Position numbers and translations under genes: made by a program. Under the pieces are notes generated by a model that made no database searches, was not told the DNA's origin, and saw only the letters and a list, made by a program, of their open reading frames with translations. A stretch of 64,000 nucleotides of DNA from a virus, in the IMG/VR virus record IMGVR_UViG_3300024239_000017, one strand, 5' to 3'. Of the stretch, positions 9,440 to 18,485 are shown piece after piece; the first letter of the stretch is position 1, and each line of letters opens with the position of its first letter.

Positions 9440-10483
9440 TTAAATATCAAGTCTTATTCCAACGCAGACAGGAAATCTTGGCGCTCCGTCATCTGTATAT
9501 TCAAAAAACCTTATTTCTGCTATAGAACCTATATAATCTTCTTTATTAATTAATACTTCTTCCCTAAATTTATGTGGAAATTTCATACCGCAACCAAATG
9601 TTACACCATTGTGTTCGCATACAAATATTCCATGAGTAGGTCTTTTTTCAGATGGAATAACATCTATAATTTCACAAGCTATATCTTTAAAATCTTTATA
9701 TTTTAATAGGGTTGATGATCTCTTATTGATTTCATATTTTCCATATGGAATTCTAACTATTGTACCCTCGTAACCTTCTGATAAAAATTTAGAATGAATT
9801 TCATTTAATTCATCTGTATTATTTACTATATATGTTGGGGATAACTCGATATACTCTGACTCGTTGTTTTCAATAATACTTTTTAATAATTTATATCTAT
9901 CTTCAAAAACTAATGAAGTATCAACCAAATCATATACAATATATTTGACTTTTTCTGATTCATTTGGAGTATATTTTTTTATAAGCTTCATATTTTCCTG
10001 AAAAGAAAGTCCGTGTGCATATAACTCTCCATCTAAAACCTCGTTTAAATGTGCAAGTGTATCCATAATATGTGGCATGGTGTCTATTTCTTTATTCTTT
10101 CTTGATTTAAGAATATTTTTTTGTTTTAAACATCTCATTCCGTCATACTTAGGTTGAACGTATACAGGATAACTTACTTTATGTACTTCCTCTTTAAAAT
10201 CTTTAGCTAACATAGGTAATACTACAGTCTCATTATTAGCTTCGTCTATTGTTTTGTAATAACCTTCGTCTAATTTTTTTAATAGTTTAGATTCTGCTTC
10301 TAACTCTGCTTGTCTCTCAGGAGTTGTTTCATTAGATTTACCAATGTTTTTACCGATACATTTGCTTTCGTTGTATACCACAGCTCCATCTAATACTCCA
10401 TGTTTTTGTACTACTTTATCACCTTCGGGATAAATTTCAACAAATCTTATTTTATCTTTTGAATCTTTTTTATATAAAATCAT
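9440..10483 (-). CDS. lig: ATP-dependent DNA ligase
   Basis: PMLA, motif I QPKYDGMR, LDGELY, YDL, EGTIVR, KRS..LLKYK, PRFP. Confidence 0.92.
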   Translation of the reverse strand: MILYKKDSKDKIRFVEIYPEGDKVVQKHGVLDGAVVYNESKCIGKNIGKSNETTPERQAELEAESKLLKKLDEGYYKTIDEANNETVVLPMLAKDFKEEVHKVSYPVYVQPKYDGMRCLKQKNILKSRKNKEIDTMPHIMDTLAHLNEVLDGELYAHGLSFQENMKLIKKYTPNESEKVKYIVYDLVDTSLVFEDRYKLLKSIIENNESEYIELSPTYIVNNTDELNEIHSKFLSEGYEGTIVRIPYGKYEINKRSSTLLKYKDFKDIACEIIDVIPSEKRPTHGIFVCEHNGVTFGCGMKFPHKFREEVLINKEDYIGSIAEIRFFEYTDDGAPRFPVCVGIRLDI

Positions 10484-10530
10484 ATTATTTCTTTATTAGT
10501 ATTTTCTCTGGTATATTCTATTATTATAAT

Positions 10531-11226
10531 TTAATTTACATAAAACCATTGTCTATTTAAACAATGACTTGTTTTACCATTAATATTTGCCCTTATATTT
10601 GCTCTACCAATTTTTAAAATTTCAGAGGCTTCTGTAACAGATTCGAATATTTCTCCTCTATCTGTTCCAACTGGTTTTCTACGTTTGGCAACAGATTTTC
10701 TATTTGCTTCAAGCCATTTTTCAGTTTTACACATTTCCTGAATCCTTAATTTTTCTTTTTCTTTATATTCATCTGTTTGGCGAGCTTTTTTACATTTTTC
10801 TAACATTTCTGATAATCTACTATTAAAATGTTTTCTTCTAATTCCCCGAAGTTCATCTGTATAAGAATTTATAACACCTTGTCTATGTTTTTCTTTTATT
10901 TCATCATTTGTAATAGTATTACCTCCTGTAGCCGATTTACTTAAATTAAAGCAAAAATCTTTACCTTTCAATACATACTCATTTAAATATATTTGTTCTA
11001 TTTCTTTGACTTTAGACTTATCTGATATTTCTTCTAAAATTTCAAAAACAAAATTATCTTCACCATATTTATTCCAAGATTTTTGAAGATAATCGTTTTC
11101 ATGATAATTATTTCTAAGTCTTTGTTTATGTTTTTTAAATCTTTGCTTAAAACAAACTTCTGTACTACCTATATAAATTTTATTATTTACTTTACAAGTA
11201 ATCTTATAAATTCCAAATTTTTTCAT
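10531..11226 (-). CDS. free-standing GIY-YIG homing endonuclease
   Basis: GIYKIT...YIGST...RF..H...LQKSWNKYG...FEILE...EQ.Y..N; C-terminal NUMOD1/HTH-like FESVTEASEIL. Confidence 0.9.
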   Translation of the reverse strand: MKKFGIYKITCKVNNKIYIGSTEVCFKQRFKKHKQRLRNNYHENDYLQKSWNKYGEDNFVFEILEEISDKSKVKEIEQIYLNEYVLKGKDFCFNLSKSATGGNTITNDEIKEKHRQGVINSYTDELRGIRRKHFNSRLSEMLEKCKKARQTDEYKEKEKLRIQEMCKTEKWLEANRKSVAKRRKPVGTDRGEIFESVTEASEILKIGRANIRANINGKTSHCLNRQWFYVN

Positions 11227-11232
11227 AATATT

Positions 11233-11341
11233 AAAAAAGAAACCCTTTTTAAATCAATGGTAGGTCTGAAGTACCATTTCAATAAAAAGGGTTTAATATA
11301 TTGTTAAATGTTCTATAGTTTCAGACCAACATTATAGAACA
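11233..11341 (-). ncRNA. putative structured leader: two hairpins with complementary loops
   Basis: stems 11309-11317/11333-11341, 11240-11251/11283-11294 and 11256-11262/11272-11278; loops 11320-11327 and 11263-11270 are reverse complements. Confidence 0.55.
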
Positions 11342-11371
11342 AATATAATAAATCTTTTAATATCTTACAAA
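11340..11371 (-). promoter_or_regulatory. Bacteroidota-type promoter for the GIY-YIG gene
   Basis: TTTG-N20-TATATTTG. Confidence 0.7.
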
Positions 11372-11400
11372 AGTATTAATTTTAAAATTAAAAAACAAAT

Positions 11401-12288
11401 TTATTTAAAAATATCATCAAAAGTAGATGCTTGGAAACCCGCACTCTGGGAGTGCCCACCCCCGCCACGTTCTCTTGCTATTTGTGAAACATCTACTTTG
11501 TCTCCAACACTTCTAAGACTTATTCCCCAATTTCTACCATTGTAAGCAAAACCAATCATTAAATCATGTTTTGAACTATCAAACTTTGAAGCAAGTGTAT
11601 CTGAACTCATAAAGTTAGTATTTATACATAAAGCTTTTAGTCCGTTATAAACTTCTTTTTCAAAAGCATAACTTGTGGCTCTTGACTCATCCATTTTTTT
11701 CTCATACTCCATAATTGATTTACCTATTTCAATCATTTCGTCCAATATGTCCTCATAATATAATTCTTCTGCGCTAATAAACCAATAATCTTTAACATCT
11801 TCTGGTTTATTTACCCTACCGTATAAAAAGTATTTTAAAGGTAATACAGAGGTTTCCCATTCATTAGTCCCATTGGCTCTCCAAGTATCATATTTTCCAA
11901 CTAATTCTACAATTGGAGGTACATATCCAAAATAATGTTTAAACCCTAATTCACATGCTGAAAGTTTGTCATCATAGATATATTCAAATGATACTAGAAA
12001 TGGAAAATCATCTACTTGTTTTTTAAAACTTACGTGATGATCTATTACTGTTAATTTTGTTTTTGTCCCAAGTTCCTGTAAAATATCAAATGGAAATGTA
12101 ATATCAATTAATATTACTTCGTCATATCCTTCCATACTTTCGAATGAAGGTACTTCATCTCTATAATCCCATCCCATCAATTCGATGTCAGGATATTTAT
12201 ATTTTAATACTGCTCCTGAGAAAAAACCATCCATGTCTTTCGAATGGTAAAATCCTAATCTTTTTAATGTGTCTTGTTTGTTTTCCAT
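11401..12288 (-). CDS. DHH/DHHA1 phosphoesterase (NrnA-like)
   Basis: YH..DMDG, IDHH, SLRS, GGGH..AG. Confidence 0.88.
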   Translation of the reverse strand: MENKQDTLKRLGFYHSKDMDGFFSGAVLKYKYPDIELMGWDYRDEVPSFESMEGYDEVILIDITFPFDILQELGTKTKLTVIDHHVSFKKQVDDFPFLVSFEYIYDDKLSACELGFKHYFGYVPPIVELVGKYDTWRANGTNEWETSVLPLKYFLYGRVNKPEDVKDYWFISAEELYYEDILDEMIEIGKSIMEYEKKMDESRATSYAFEKEVYNGLKALCINTNFMSSDTLASKFDSSKHDLMIGFAYNGRNWGISLRSVGDKVDVSQIARERGGGGHSQSAGFQASTFDDIFK

Positions 12289-12299
12289 TTTAAATTTTA

Positions 12300-12518
12300 T
12301 TATCTATATAAAGGTAAATTTGATAAATCTGCATATAATTGCACTAAGTTTAAATCACCTCCTGTCATATACTGCTCCCATTTTCTATCAAACTCACCGC
12401 TATCTATTAGATCTTCGTTTTCGTTATCTTCAAAAAATTCGTCTACTAAATCATTAGGTATAATATACCAATGGCTTGACTCATCTTGTACTGCATTTAC
12501 TTTTTGTAAATTTTCCAT
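12300..12518 (-). CDS. hypothetical protein (72 aa)
   Basis: operon-consistent ORF; QDESSHWYIIP. Confidence 0.65.
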   Translation of the reverse strand: MENLQKVNAVQDESSHWYIIPNDLVDEFFEDNENEDLIDSGEFDRKWEQYMTGGDLNLVQLYADLSNLPLYR

Positions 12519-12524
12519 ATTATA

Positions 12525-12719
12525 TTATTTTAATCTTTTAAATTCAGTTATTTCTTCTACCAATTGTATATTTTCATAACATTCTCCGTCAAAAACGTCA
12601 GTTCCATTTTTATTTAACCATTTTTCCAATTCTTTTATTTTTGGCTCTTTCTCACTTTCGATAAAGTAAATGTAATCATCGCCACTTTCACTTTGTGTTA
12701 CAACTGCAAATTTTTTCAT
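12525..12719 (-). CDS. hypothetical protein (64 aa)
   Basis: operon-consistent ORF. Confidence 0.6.
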   Translation of the reverse strand: MKKFAVVTQSESGDDYIYFIESEKEPKIKELEKWLNKNGTDVFDGECYENIQLVEEITEFKRLK

Positions 12720-12726
12720 ATTATTA

Positions 12727-12873
12727 CTATTCTTTTACGATTTCTAAAATTTCTTTTTCTGATATTATGTCTCCGTCAATTAATTTGTATCTTCCGTCTT
12801 CTAAAACTTCTTTTACTTTAATCTTTATGTTTCTCTGTTTCAAAATAACATATAATATTTTCTCTTTTTTCAT
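12727..12873 (-). CDS. small hypothetical protein (48 aa), probably leaderless
   Basis: MKKEKILYVILKQRNIKIKVKEVLEDGRYKLIDGDIISEKEILEIVKE; ATG 4 nt after the -7 box; not in ORF track. Confidence 0.65.
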   Translation of the reverse strand: MKKEKILYVILKQRNIKIKVKEVLEDGRYKLIDGDIISEKEILEIVKE

Positions 12874-12877
12874 ACTG

Positions 12878-12909
12878 CAAACATACGAAAAATTTTTGAC
12901 ATATGCAAG
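12878..12909 (-). promoter_or_regulatory. class A promoter copy 3
   Basis: TTG-N20-TATGTTTG with the same spacer sequence as copies 1, 2 and 4. Confidence 0.8.
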
Positions 12910-12915
12910 TATTTT

Positions 12916-13896
12916 TTATTTTTTTATTCCAAACCCCATATCTACTAATTTTTTATATGCTTCACCTACGTCCTCGTTACATTCATAATGTATAAATAAG
13001 CTACTAGGATTATACCCTTTACTATTATCTAATGATGTACTAGTACTAAAACAATTAAATATTTTTGTATAAGTATCTAATAGGGCAGAAGTAGGAGAAG
13101 ATTTCCCTGGTCTTTTAAATCTAATGTTTTTACCATATAATCCACCTACTGCACTCCATCCATTTGATTCAAGTAATCTTACTACATCACCTCTATTATT
13201 ATAATCCTCGAAAGGAGGTACTTTCCATTTGTCATTATGTATATTTCTTCTACTATCTTTTTTATCTACCTTTCGTATCTCATCAAATTCTCTAGCTGTA
13301 TTTAATAAAATTTCATACTCTTCTAAAGTTATCTCTGATATTTTACCATACACTTTTTCGTATCCTCTAGTAGGAGATATTAGAATATATCCACCCTCTC
13401 CCCTTGTCTCTATTAGAACCCTACTAATATCATTTGAGGCGATTTTTAATGCCTTACTTTTAGTTATAGGATTCTCAAAATGATCCATATATGTACGGTG
13501 TTTTTCATCTGCTGTTGTAAATCTAGATGCTAGTTTCTGATTTCCTTCAACAATTTTAGGACAAGAAAAAACAAAGTGGAATCCACCACTCTGAGTTTTC
13601 TGTACAAACATTTTTTTAAGTAATGTTTTTGGTATTCTAGACTTATATCTTTCTATTAAATCTCCTGAAAAATCATATTTCAAATCAAAGTCTAATGCAG
13701 TTATTTTATTCTTTCCTCCACATATAAGAGCCATGCCATAGGCATTTTTAAAATGTAGTTCACATTCTTCATCTGTCATCACTCTATTTTGAAATTCTCT
13801 CCAACCCCTTATTGTTGGAACTTTGTTAGTACCTACAGGTATAACTGAATACCCTTCTTTTGAATATGCTTTCGCTAATTTAATAAAATCAGTCAT
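12916..13896 (-). CDS. Prim-Pol (bifunctional primase/polymerase) domain protein
   Basis: GYSVIPV, W..FQ, ALDFD, TQSGGFH, ETRGEGGY. Confidence 0.85.
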   Translation of the reverse strand: MTDFIKLAKAYSKEGYSVIPVGTNKVPTIRGWREFQNRVMTDEECELHFKNAYGMALICGGKNKITALDFDLKYDFSGDLIERYKSRIPKTLLKKMFVQKTQSGGFHFVFSCPKIVEGNQKLASRFTTADEKHRTYMDHFENPITKSKALKIASNDISRVLIETRGEGGYILISPTRGYEKVYGKISEITLEEYEILLNTAREFDEIRKVDKKDSRRNIHNDKWKVPPFEDYNNRGDVVRLLESNGWSAVGGLYGKNIRFKRPGKSSPTSALLDTYTKIFNCFSTSTSLDNSKGYNPSSLFIHYECNEDVGEAYKKLVDMGFGIKK

Positions 13897-13907
13897 ATAT
13901 CTTTGTT

Positions 13908-14615
13908 TTATTTAAATAATTCTAAATATTTTGTGTAATATTCGGAGATTTCTTTTGCTACTTTTCTTACGTCTTTTTCTAAAAACTTCTCTATATTCTT
14001 CTTAATATAAGGTGTTTCTATATACTTTGTTTTTCCTGTCAGTCTTAATGGACTTTTAGGAGAATTATTACCTGCTCTGTCTAAAATAATTACTCCACAA
14101 TCAACTATTTCATAACCTTCTAAATCTCGAGCATAGGCATAAACACCTGTCTGTTTGTAATCATTTGAAGCATAAAAACCCTCTTTTTTAACAATAGAAC
14201 CTGTTTTATAATCAAATACAGACAATCTATTTTCTTCCAAATAAGTACATCTATCCATAAAACCCTCTATAACAAAATCCCCCATATCTATTACAATAAG
14301 GTCTTCATATACTGAATTTTTAGGAAGCTCTAATCCCTCTAAAACCTCTTTATCAAAATCTGATAATAGATGTTTATACTCGTCATGTACAGAAATATCT
14401 CCAGTTCCTAAAGCTTCTATATATGTGCCGCACGCAGATCCAAATTCAGCAAATATACCACTTGGTAGTTTTATACCTGCGATATATTGTTTAATATATC
14501 CTGCTTTATATGTTGGATCTAACCAACTTGATATTTGACTATATGATAATTTTGGTTTACCATTAAGATGTTCATACTTTCCTGATTTATCTTCAAACTG
14601 TCTAGGTAATATCAT
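13908..14615 (-). CDS. PD-(D/E)xK (RecB/Cas4-like) nuclease
   Basis: LSYSQI, GFMD, DYKTG, Q...YA. Confidence 0.8.
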   Translation of the reverse strand: MILPRQFEDKSGKYEHLNGKPKLSYSQISSWLDPTYKAGYIKQYIAGIKLPSGIFAEFGSACGTYIEALGTGDISVHDEYKHLLSDFDKEVLEGLELPKNSVYEDLIVIDMGDFVIEGFMDRCTYLEENRLSVFDYKTGSIVKKEGFYASNDYKQTGVYAYARDLEGYEIVDCGVIILDRAGNNSPKSPLRLTGKTKYIETPYIKKNIEKFLEKDVRKVAKEISEYYTKYLELFK

Positions 14616-14838
14616 TATTTCTTTTTTTTAAAATTTCAACATTTTTTAATGTGGAATCCATTGTTGATCCCATGATGTAAGAAGTATAATTAACTAAATC
14701 ATTATAACCTATAACTAATGTTTCAGGTACTACATTTTCAGGTAAATCAAATAAAGTTCTAATTAGTTCCTCTACTTTAAAACCATCTATTCCATCATAA
14801 CTATCTTCTACTGTTAGTACTACTTTTGTTTCTTCCAT
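14602..14838 (-). CDS. hypothetical protein (78 aa; start revised to MEETK)
   Basis: ATG at 14838 abuts the upstream stop. Confidence 0.6.
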   Translation of the reverse strand: MEETKVVLTVEDSYDGIDGFKVEELIRTLFDLPENVVPETLVIGYNDLVNYTSYIMGSTMDSTLKNVEILKKRNNDIT

Positions 14839-14839
14839 T

Positions 14840-15841
14840 TTATTTTTTAATATTTTTGATAAAATCACTTATTTCTGCTTTCTTTGCTTGTACAACATCT
14901 GAGTTATCAGTATCCATAAATTCACTTCTTATATAAATATTTTCCAATAAATTCTGTAAGTAAGATTTATCTTTTACTGTTAATTTTTTACCTTCAAGTC
15001 TTTTTACGATCCCTTTTTTTACTGTATCTGATAAATAATTTGTTGAGTATAATAGTTCCAATAAATTTATCTCGTTAAAATCGTCACCGTCTTTCTCAAC
15101 TTCTTTTGTACTTGATCCACTATTATCTATAGGTGATCTATCTACAAAATCAGTAAAAGGTTTTTGAAATTGCATTTTAAGAAATAGATTCATTGTTGCA
15201 AATACATCCTTTTTAACATAAGGGATTATCTTATTTATACCGTTGGTATAATATTCATTACTTACCATTGAGCCATCAATATCATCTTTACTACTATCTA
15301 AGTCATAATGATATAACATTTCATCTAGTGACATATTGGCATAATGTGTTCCTCTAATAACTTCTAATAAATCTACTATATTTTTTAATTCCCAAGGTTT
15401 TTTACCTGAAGTTACAAATCTATCAGGTATAATTTCAGTAAAATCAAAATATTTAGATGCATTTGTATATATAAAAGGTAAATCATATCCTAATATATTT
15501 ACTCCACATAGATAATCAAATTTAGAAGCAATTACTATGAACTCTTTTAAGATTTCTTCTTCTGTACCACTAAGATGTTTGATAAAAGCATCTCCTGCTC
15601 TAACATATCCAACACCAATTGTTATAATAGTAGAGTACCCCATTTTTAATGCCGCTCTTCTATTGTAATCTTCCAAAGTCTCTTCTATACTAGGAAGTTC
15701 ATCCGTATCTTTATTACGTATTTTCTTTCTGTATAACTCAAACTCTTTTGAATTTACGTCCAATGTTTCATTTGCTCTTACTGTTTCAATATCAAAAAAC
15801 AATGTTTTTTCAATTGGTAATCTTTTAAAATTTAAATTCAT
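14840..15841 (-). CDS. PolB-related 3'-5' exonuclease
   Basis: FFDIETV, G.N...YDLP, Y...DV. Confidence 0.8.
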   Translation of the reverse strand: MNLNFKRLPIEKTLFFDIETVRANETLDVNSKEFELYRKKIRNKDTDELPSIEETLEDYNRRAALKMGYSTIITIGVGYVRAGDAFIKHLSGTEEEILKEFIVIASKFDYLCGVNILGYDLPFIYTNASKYFDFTEIIPDRFVTSGKKPWELKNIVDLLEVIRGTHYANMSLDEMLYHYDLDSSKDDIDGSMVSNEYYTNGINKIIPYVKKDVFATMNLFLKMQFQKPFTDFVDRSPIDNSGSSTKEVEKDGDDFNEINLLELLYSTNYLSDTVKKGIVKRLEGKKLTVKDKSYLQNLLENIYIRSEFMDTDNSDVVQAKKAEISDFIKNIKK

Positions 15842-15842
15842 A

Positions 15843-16415
15843 TTATTTTACGTCTTTTTCATTTATTAATTGTTCTGCTCTAATACTTGATGCTAAGAAA
15901 TCTATAAACATTCTTATGGAAGTTAATATATTGTTTAACTCTTGGTATAATCCATAGGATATTGAAGCGTTGGCTATATATTCTTTATAACCGTCATCTA
16001 ATCCTACAATATCTCTCAATCCACTTGTTGACTTTGTTTTGAACAACTCTTGTACCGATTCGTCCTCTCTTAGCCTCTTCATAGATTCAGCTCTTACAGA
16101 AGTTTTTTCCTCCTCAAATAAGATTTTATTCTTATTTATTATATAACTAAACTGGTCTGATATGTCTCTATACAAGAAATTTAAATGTTTTCTTGCTTCC
16201 AACATGTCTTCTATTGTTTTCTCACTGCTGTTATAATTATCGGTAATTTCATTATACTCTTGTTTTTTTTCAGAAAAACTATCCCTAATTTTTATTAAAT
16301 TAGTATAACTTTCTGACAAGTGTAATGCCTCCAATATATCATTCAAAACCGTGAGTGCCTCTGTTTTAGAGGTACATCCTATAATTTTTGGAATAATGTC
16401 TTTTGCTTTACTCAT
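15843..16415 (-). CDS. helical hypothetical protein (190 aa; start revised to MSKAK)
   Basis: the ORF-track N-terminal extension is promoter/terminator DNA; ATG 16415 has the same leader spacing as copies 1 and 2. Confidence 0.7.
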   Translation of the reverse strand: MSKAKDIIPKIIGCTSKTEALTVLNDILEALHLSESYTNLIKIRDSFSEKKQEYNEITDNYNSSEKTIEDMLEARKHLNFLYRDISDQFSYIINKNKILFEEEKTSVRAESMKRLREDESVQELFKTKSTSGLRDIVGLDDGYKEYIANASISYGLYQELNNILTSIRMFIDFLASSIRAEQLINEKDVK

Positions 16416-16434
16416 ACTTTCTAATTTTATTTTG

Positions 16435-16466
16435 CAAACATACGAAAAATTTTTGACATATGCAAA
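16435..16466 (-). promoter_or_regulatory. class A promoter copy 4
   Basis: TTTG-N20-TATGTTTG. Confidence 0.85.
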
Positions 16467-16495
16467 TAAAAAAGACATCTTTTTCAAGATGTCTT
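16467..16495 (-). terminator. intrinsic terminator ending the virion region
   Basis: AAGACATCTT/AAGATGTCTT stem plus T-run. Confidence 0.8.
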
Positions 16496-16903
16496 AATTT
16501 TCAATAAATGTTTAAAGTAACTATAAGGTATTGTACCTATTCCAGCTATTGTTAGTAATATGAATCTTACTACCCTAATTCCTTTTCCATTTTTTTCCAT
16601 ATTTTTAATATACTTTAAGTCAGATTTAAATTTCTTTACTATGTTTCTATTACTACCTGTTATATATTCGTAATCATGTAACATTGCATCTAAGTCCAAC
16701 TCTCCAAAATCTACTAAATCTTTTACTATTGTTGCGCCATCAAATTCAGATGGATGTGTAATAAAATAATTATAAGCATTCAAATATTCTTGAATATCTT
16801 TTGGATCTCTTCCTTTTATATAAAGAAGTACTTTTAAATATTTTCTATATTTTTCTAAAGTTTCTTTATCATTATAAAATGTATAATCTCTACTCCAAAA
16901 CAT
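16484..16903 (-). CDS. DUF1353-like protein with C-terminal hydrophobic segment
   Basis: FDGAT...AMLHDYEY motif. Confidence 0.5.
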   Translation of the reverse strand: MFWSRDYTFYNDKETLEKYRKYLKVLLYIKGRDPKDIQEYLNAYNYFITHPSEFDGATIVKDLVDFGELDLDAMLHDYEYITGSNRNIVKKFKSDLKYIKNMEKNGKGIRVVRFILLTIAGIGTIPYSYFKHLLKIKTS

Positions 16904-16905
16904 AA

Positions 16906-17385
16906 TTATTCATTATATATTATAAATTCTTCAGGTTTTAACCCAAATATACATACTCTTTTAGCCTCATCAGGTTCTTCTAGATTTATAAAATCAGTTC
17001 TAATATACATTAACAATGCATCTTTTTGTATTTCATAAAATTTATATGGAAACTCATTAGGTAGTATACTTTTACCTACTGCCTGAAATAACATATTCAT
17101 TTCTTGATCTGATTTTGTTAACATTTTTTCTCTAAGTGGAACTATTTCATCATATGTCTGACTTATATCGACATTTCCAAAAATAGGTTGACCGTTTTCG
17201 TCGTTCACACCTGTTTGGACATAATTAGTTACTGTTTTAGTTACCACATGTATTCCAAAATATTTTACATCTAAGTCCCAAGTACCATAATTTTGTGATA
17301 CTTTAAGGGTTACTTTTATCTTTCCTTTCTTTTGTAAAGGAGCATCAAATAATACTTCCTTTGTACTTATAATTGCTATTTCCAT
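16906..17385 (-). CDS. hypothetical protein (fibre-associated)
   Basis: position in fibre module. Confidence 0.55.
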   Translation of the reverse strand: MEIAIISTKEVLFDAPLQKKGKIKVTLKVSQNYGTWDLDVKYFGIHVVTKTVTNYVQTGVNDENGQPIFGNVDISQTYDEIVPLREKMLTKSDQEMNMLFQAVGKSILPNEFPYKFYEIQKDALLMYIRTDFINLEEPDEAKRVCIFGLKPEEFIIYNE

Positions 17386-17387
17386 AT

Positions 17388-18482
17388 TTAAAATTTATTA
17401 CGATATTTATTATAATCTGATGTTGGTAATGTACTTAGGTCTGTTGGTATATCATTACCTGTTAACATTACTAAAGGTGAATCTGTATTATATATTTCCA
17501 TTACTTTAGATGTAATTAAAGGTGCTATATATAAGTTACCATTAGGGGCTAACACTCCTCCTCCGTCCCATTTAATATTATTACCTGTTAAATTTAGTCC
17601 TATTGATCTATGGGTGTATGTATTTGGGTTAAATTCTAATACCTGTGTAACACCATTATTCCCATTTGTCAAATATAATAATCCGTTTTTACCTAATGAT
17701 ATTCCTGTATACTTATTATTTGATGTCGAAAAAACATTACCGACATATTGTGTAGTCATAGTTGTAGTATCCAACTCTAGGATATACGCATTATTAGTAT
17801 TATAAGGTGCAAAATATATTTTACCATTAGGTGCTAAGCAAGCACCGTACCAACTATCTGCCCCACTATACACGCTTCCTACTCTTTGAGTAGTATTTGT
17901 ATTTGGGTCTATTTCTAAAATCTGTGAATCACTACCTGGTGCACAATATATTTTACCATTATTACCTAAGACCCCACCTATCCATTTATATGTAAAGTTT
18001 CCACCATAAATACTTCCTATTAATTGTGTAGTCAATGTTGATGGATCTAACATCATTACTTGGTTAATATTGTAAGGTATAAAATATATTTTACCATTTG
18101 GAGCTAAGACGGCACCTCTCCATTTATGTACCGAAGTTGTTGAGTATACACTTCCAACTAATTGTGTAGTTAAAGTAGTTGGATCTAATTCTAAAACTTG
18201 AGTAGCTAATCTAGGTGCAAAATATATTTTTCCATTAGGTGCTAATACTCCTCCAAACCATTTACTACTTCCTGTTCCATAGTTAGTACCTACGTAACTT
18301 ATAGCATATGTTGAGGGGTTGAATTCCATCACCTGTGAGTTATTTGAAGGTGCAAAATATATTTTTCCATTAGGTGCTAATACTCCTCCGCTATATCTAA
18401 AACTTGTCTCTGTTATTGACGTACCAACTTCTTTTGAACCTGGTTCAATTACATATCTTCTTCCAAAAATTAAATGTCTCAT
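17388..18482 (-). CDS. seven-repeat beta-propeller protein, possible receptor-binding
   Basis: seven repeats of about 44 aa, W/Y.GGVLAPNGKIYFAP. Confidence 0.75.
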   Translation of the reverse strand: MRHLIFGRRYVIEPGSKEVGTSITETSFRYSGGVLAPNGKIYFAPSNNSQVMEFNPSTYAISYVGTNYGTGSSKWFGGVLAPNGKIYFAPRLATQVLELDPTTLTTQLVGSVYSTTSVHKWRGAVLAPNGKIYFIPYNINQVMMLDPSTLTTQLIGSIYGGNFTYKWIGGVLGNNGKIYCAPGSDSQILEIDPNTNTTQRVGSVYSGADSWYGACLAPNGKIYFAPYNTNNAYILELDTTTMTTQYVGNVFSTSNNKYTGISLGKNGLLYLTNGNNGVTQVLEFNPNTYTHRSIGLNLTGNNIKWDGGGVLAPNGNLYIAPLITSKVMEIYNTDSPLVMLTGNDIPTDLSTLPTSDYNKYRNKF

Positions 18483-18485
18483 ATA

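Noticed and set aside
13908-14615. Cas4 as part of a CRISPR system
   Set aside because: No array or other cas genes; a standalone phage PD-(D/E)xK nuclease.
480-16470. Repeated 35-56 bp sequence as CRISPR repeats or att sites
   Set aside because: Copies are dispersed rather than regularly spaced, each precedes a start codon, and each matches the promoter consensus.
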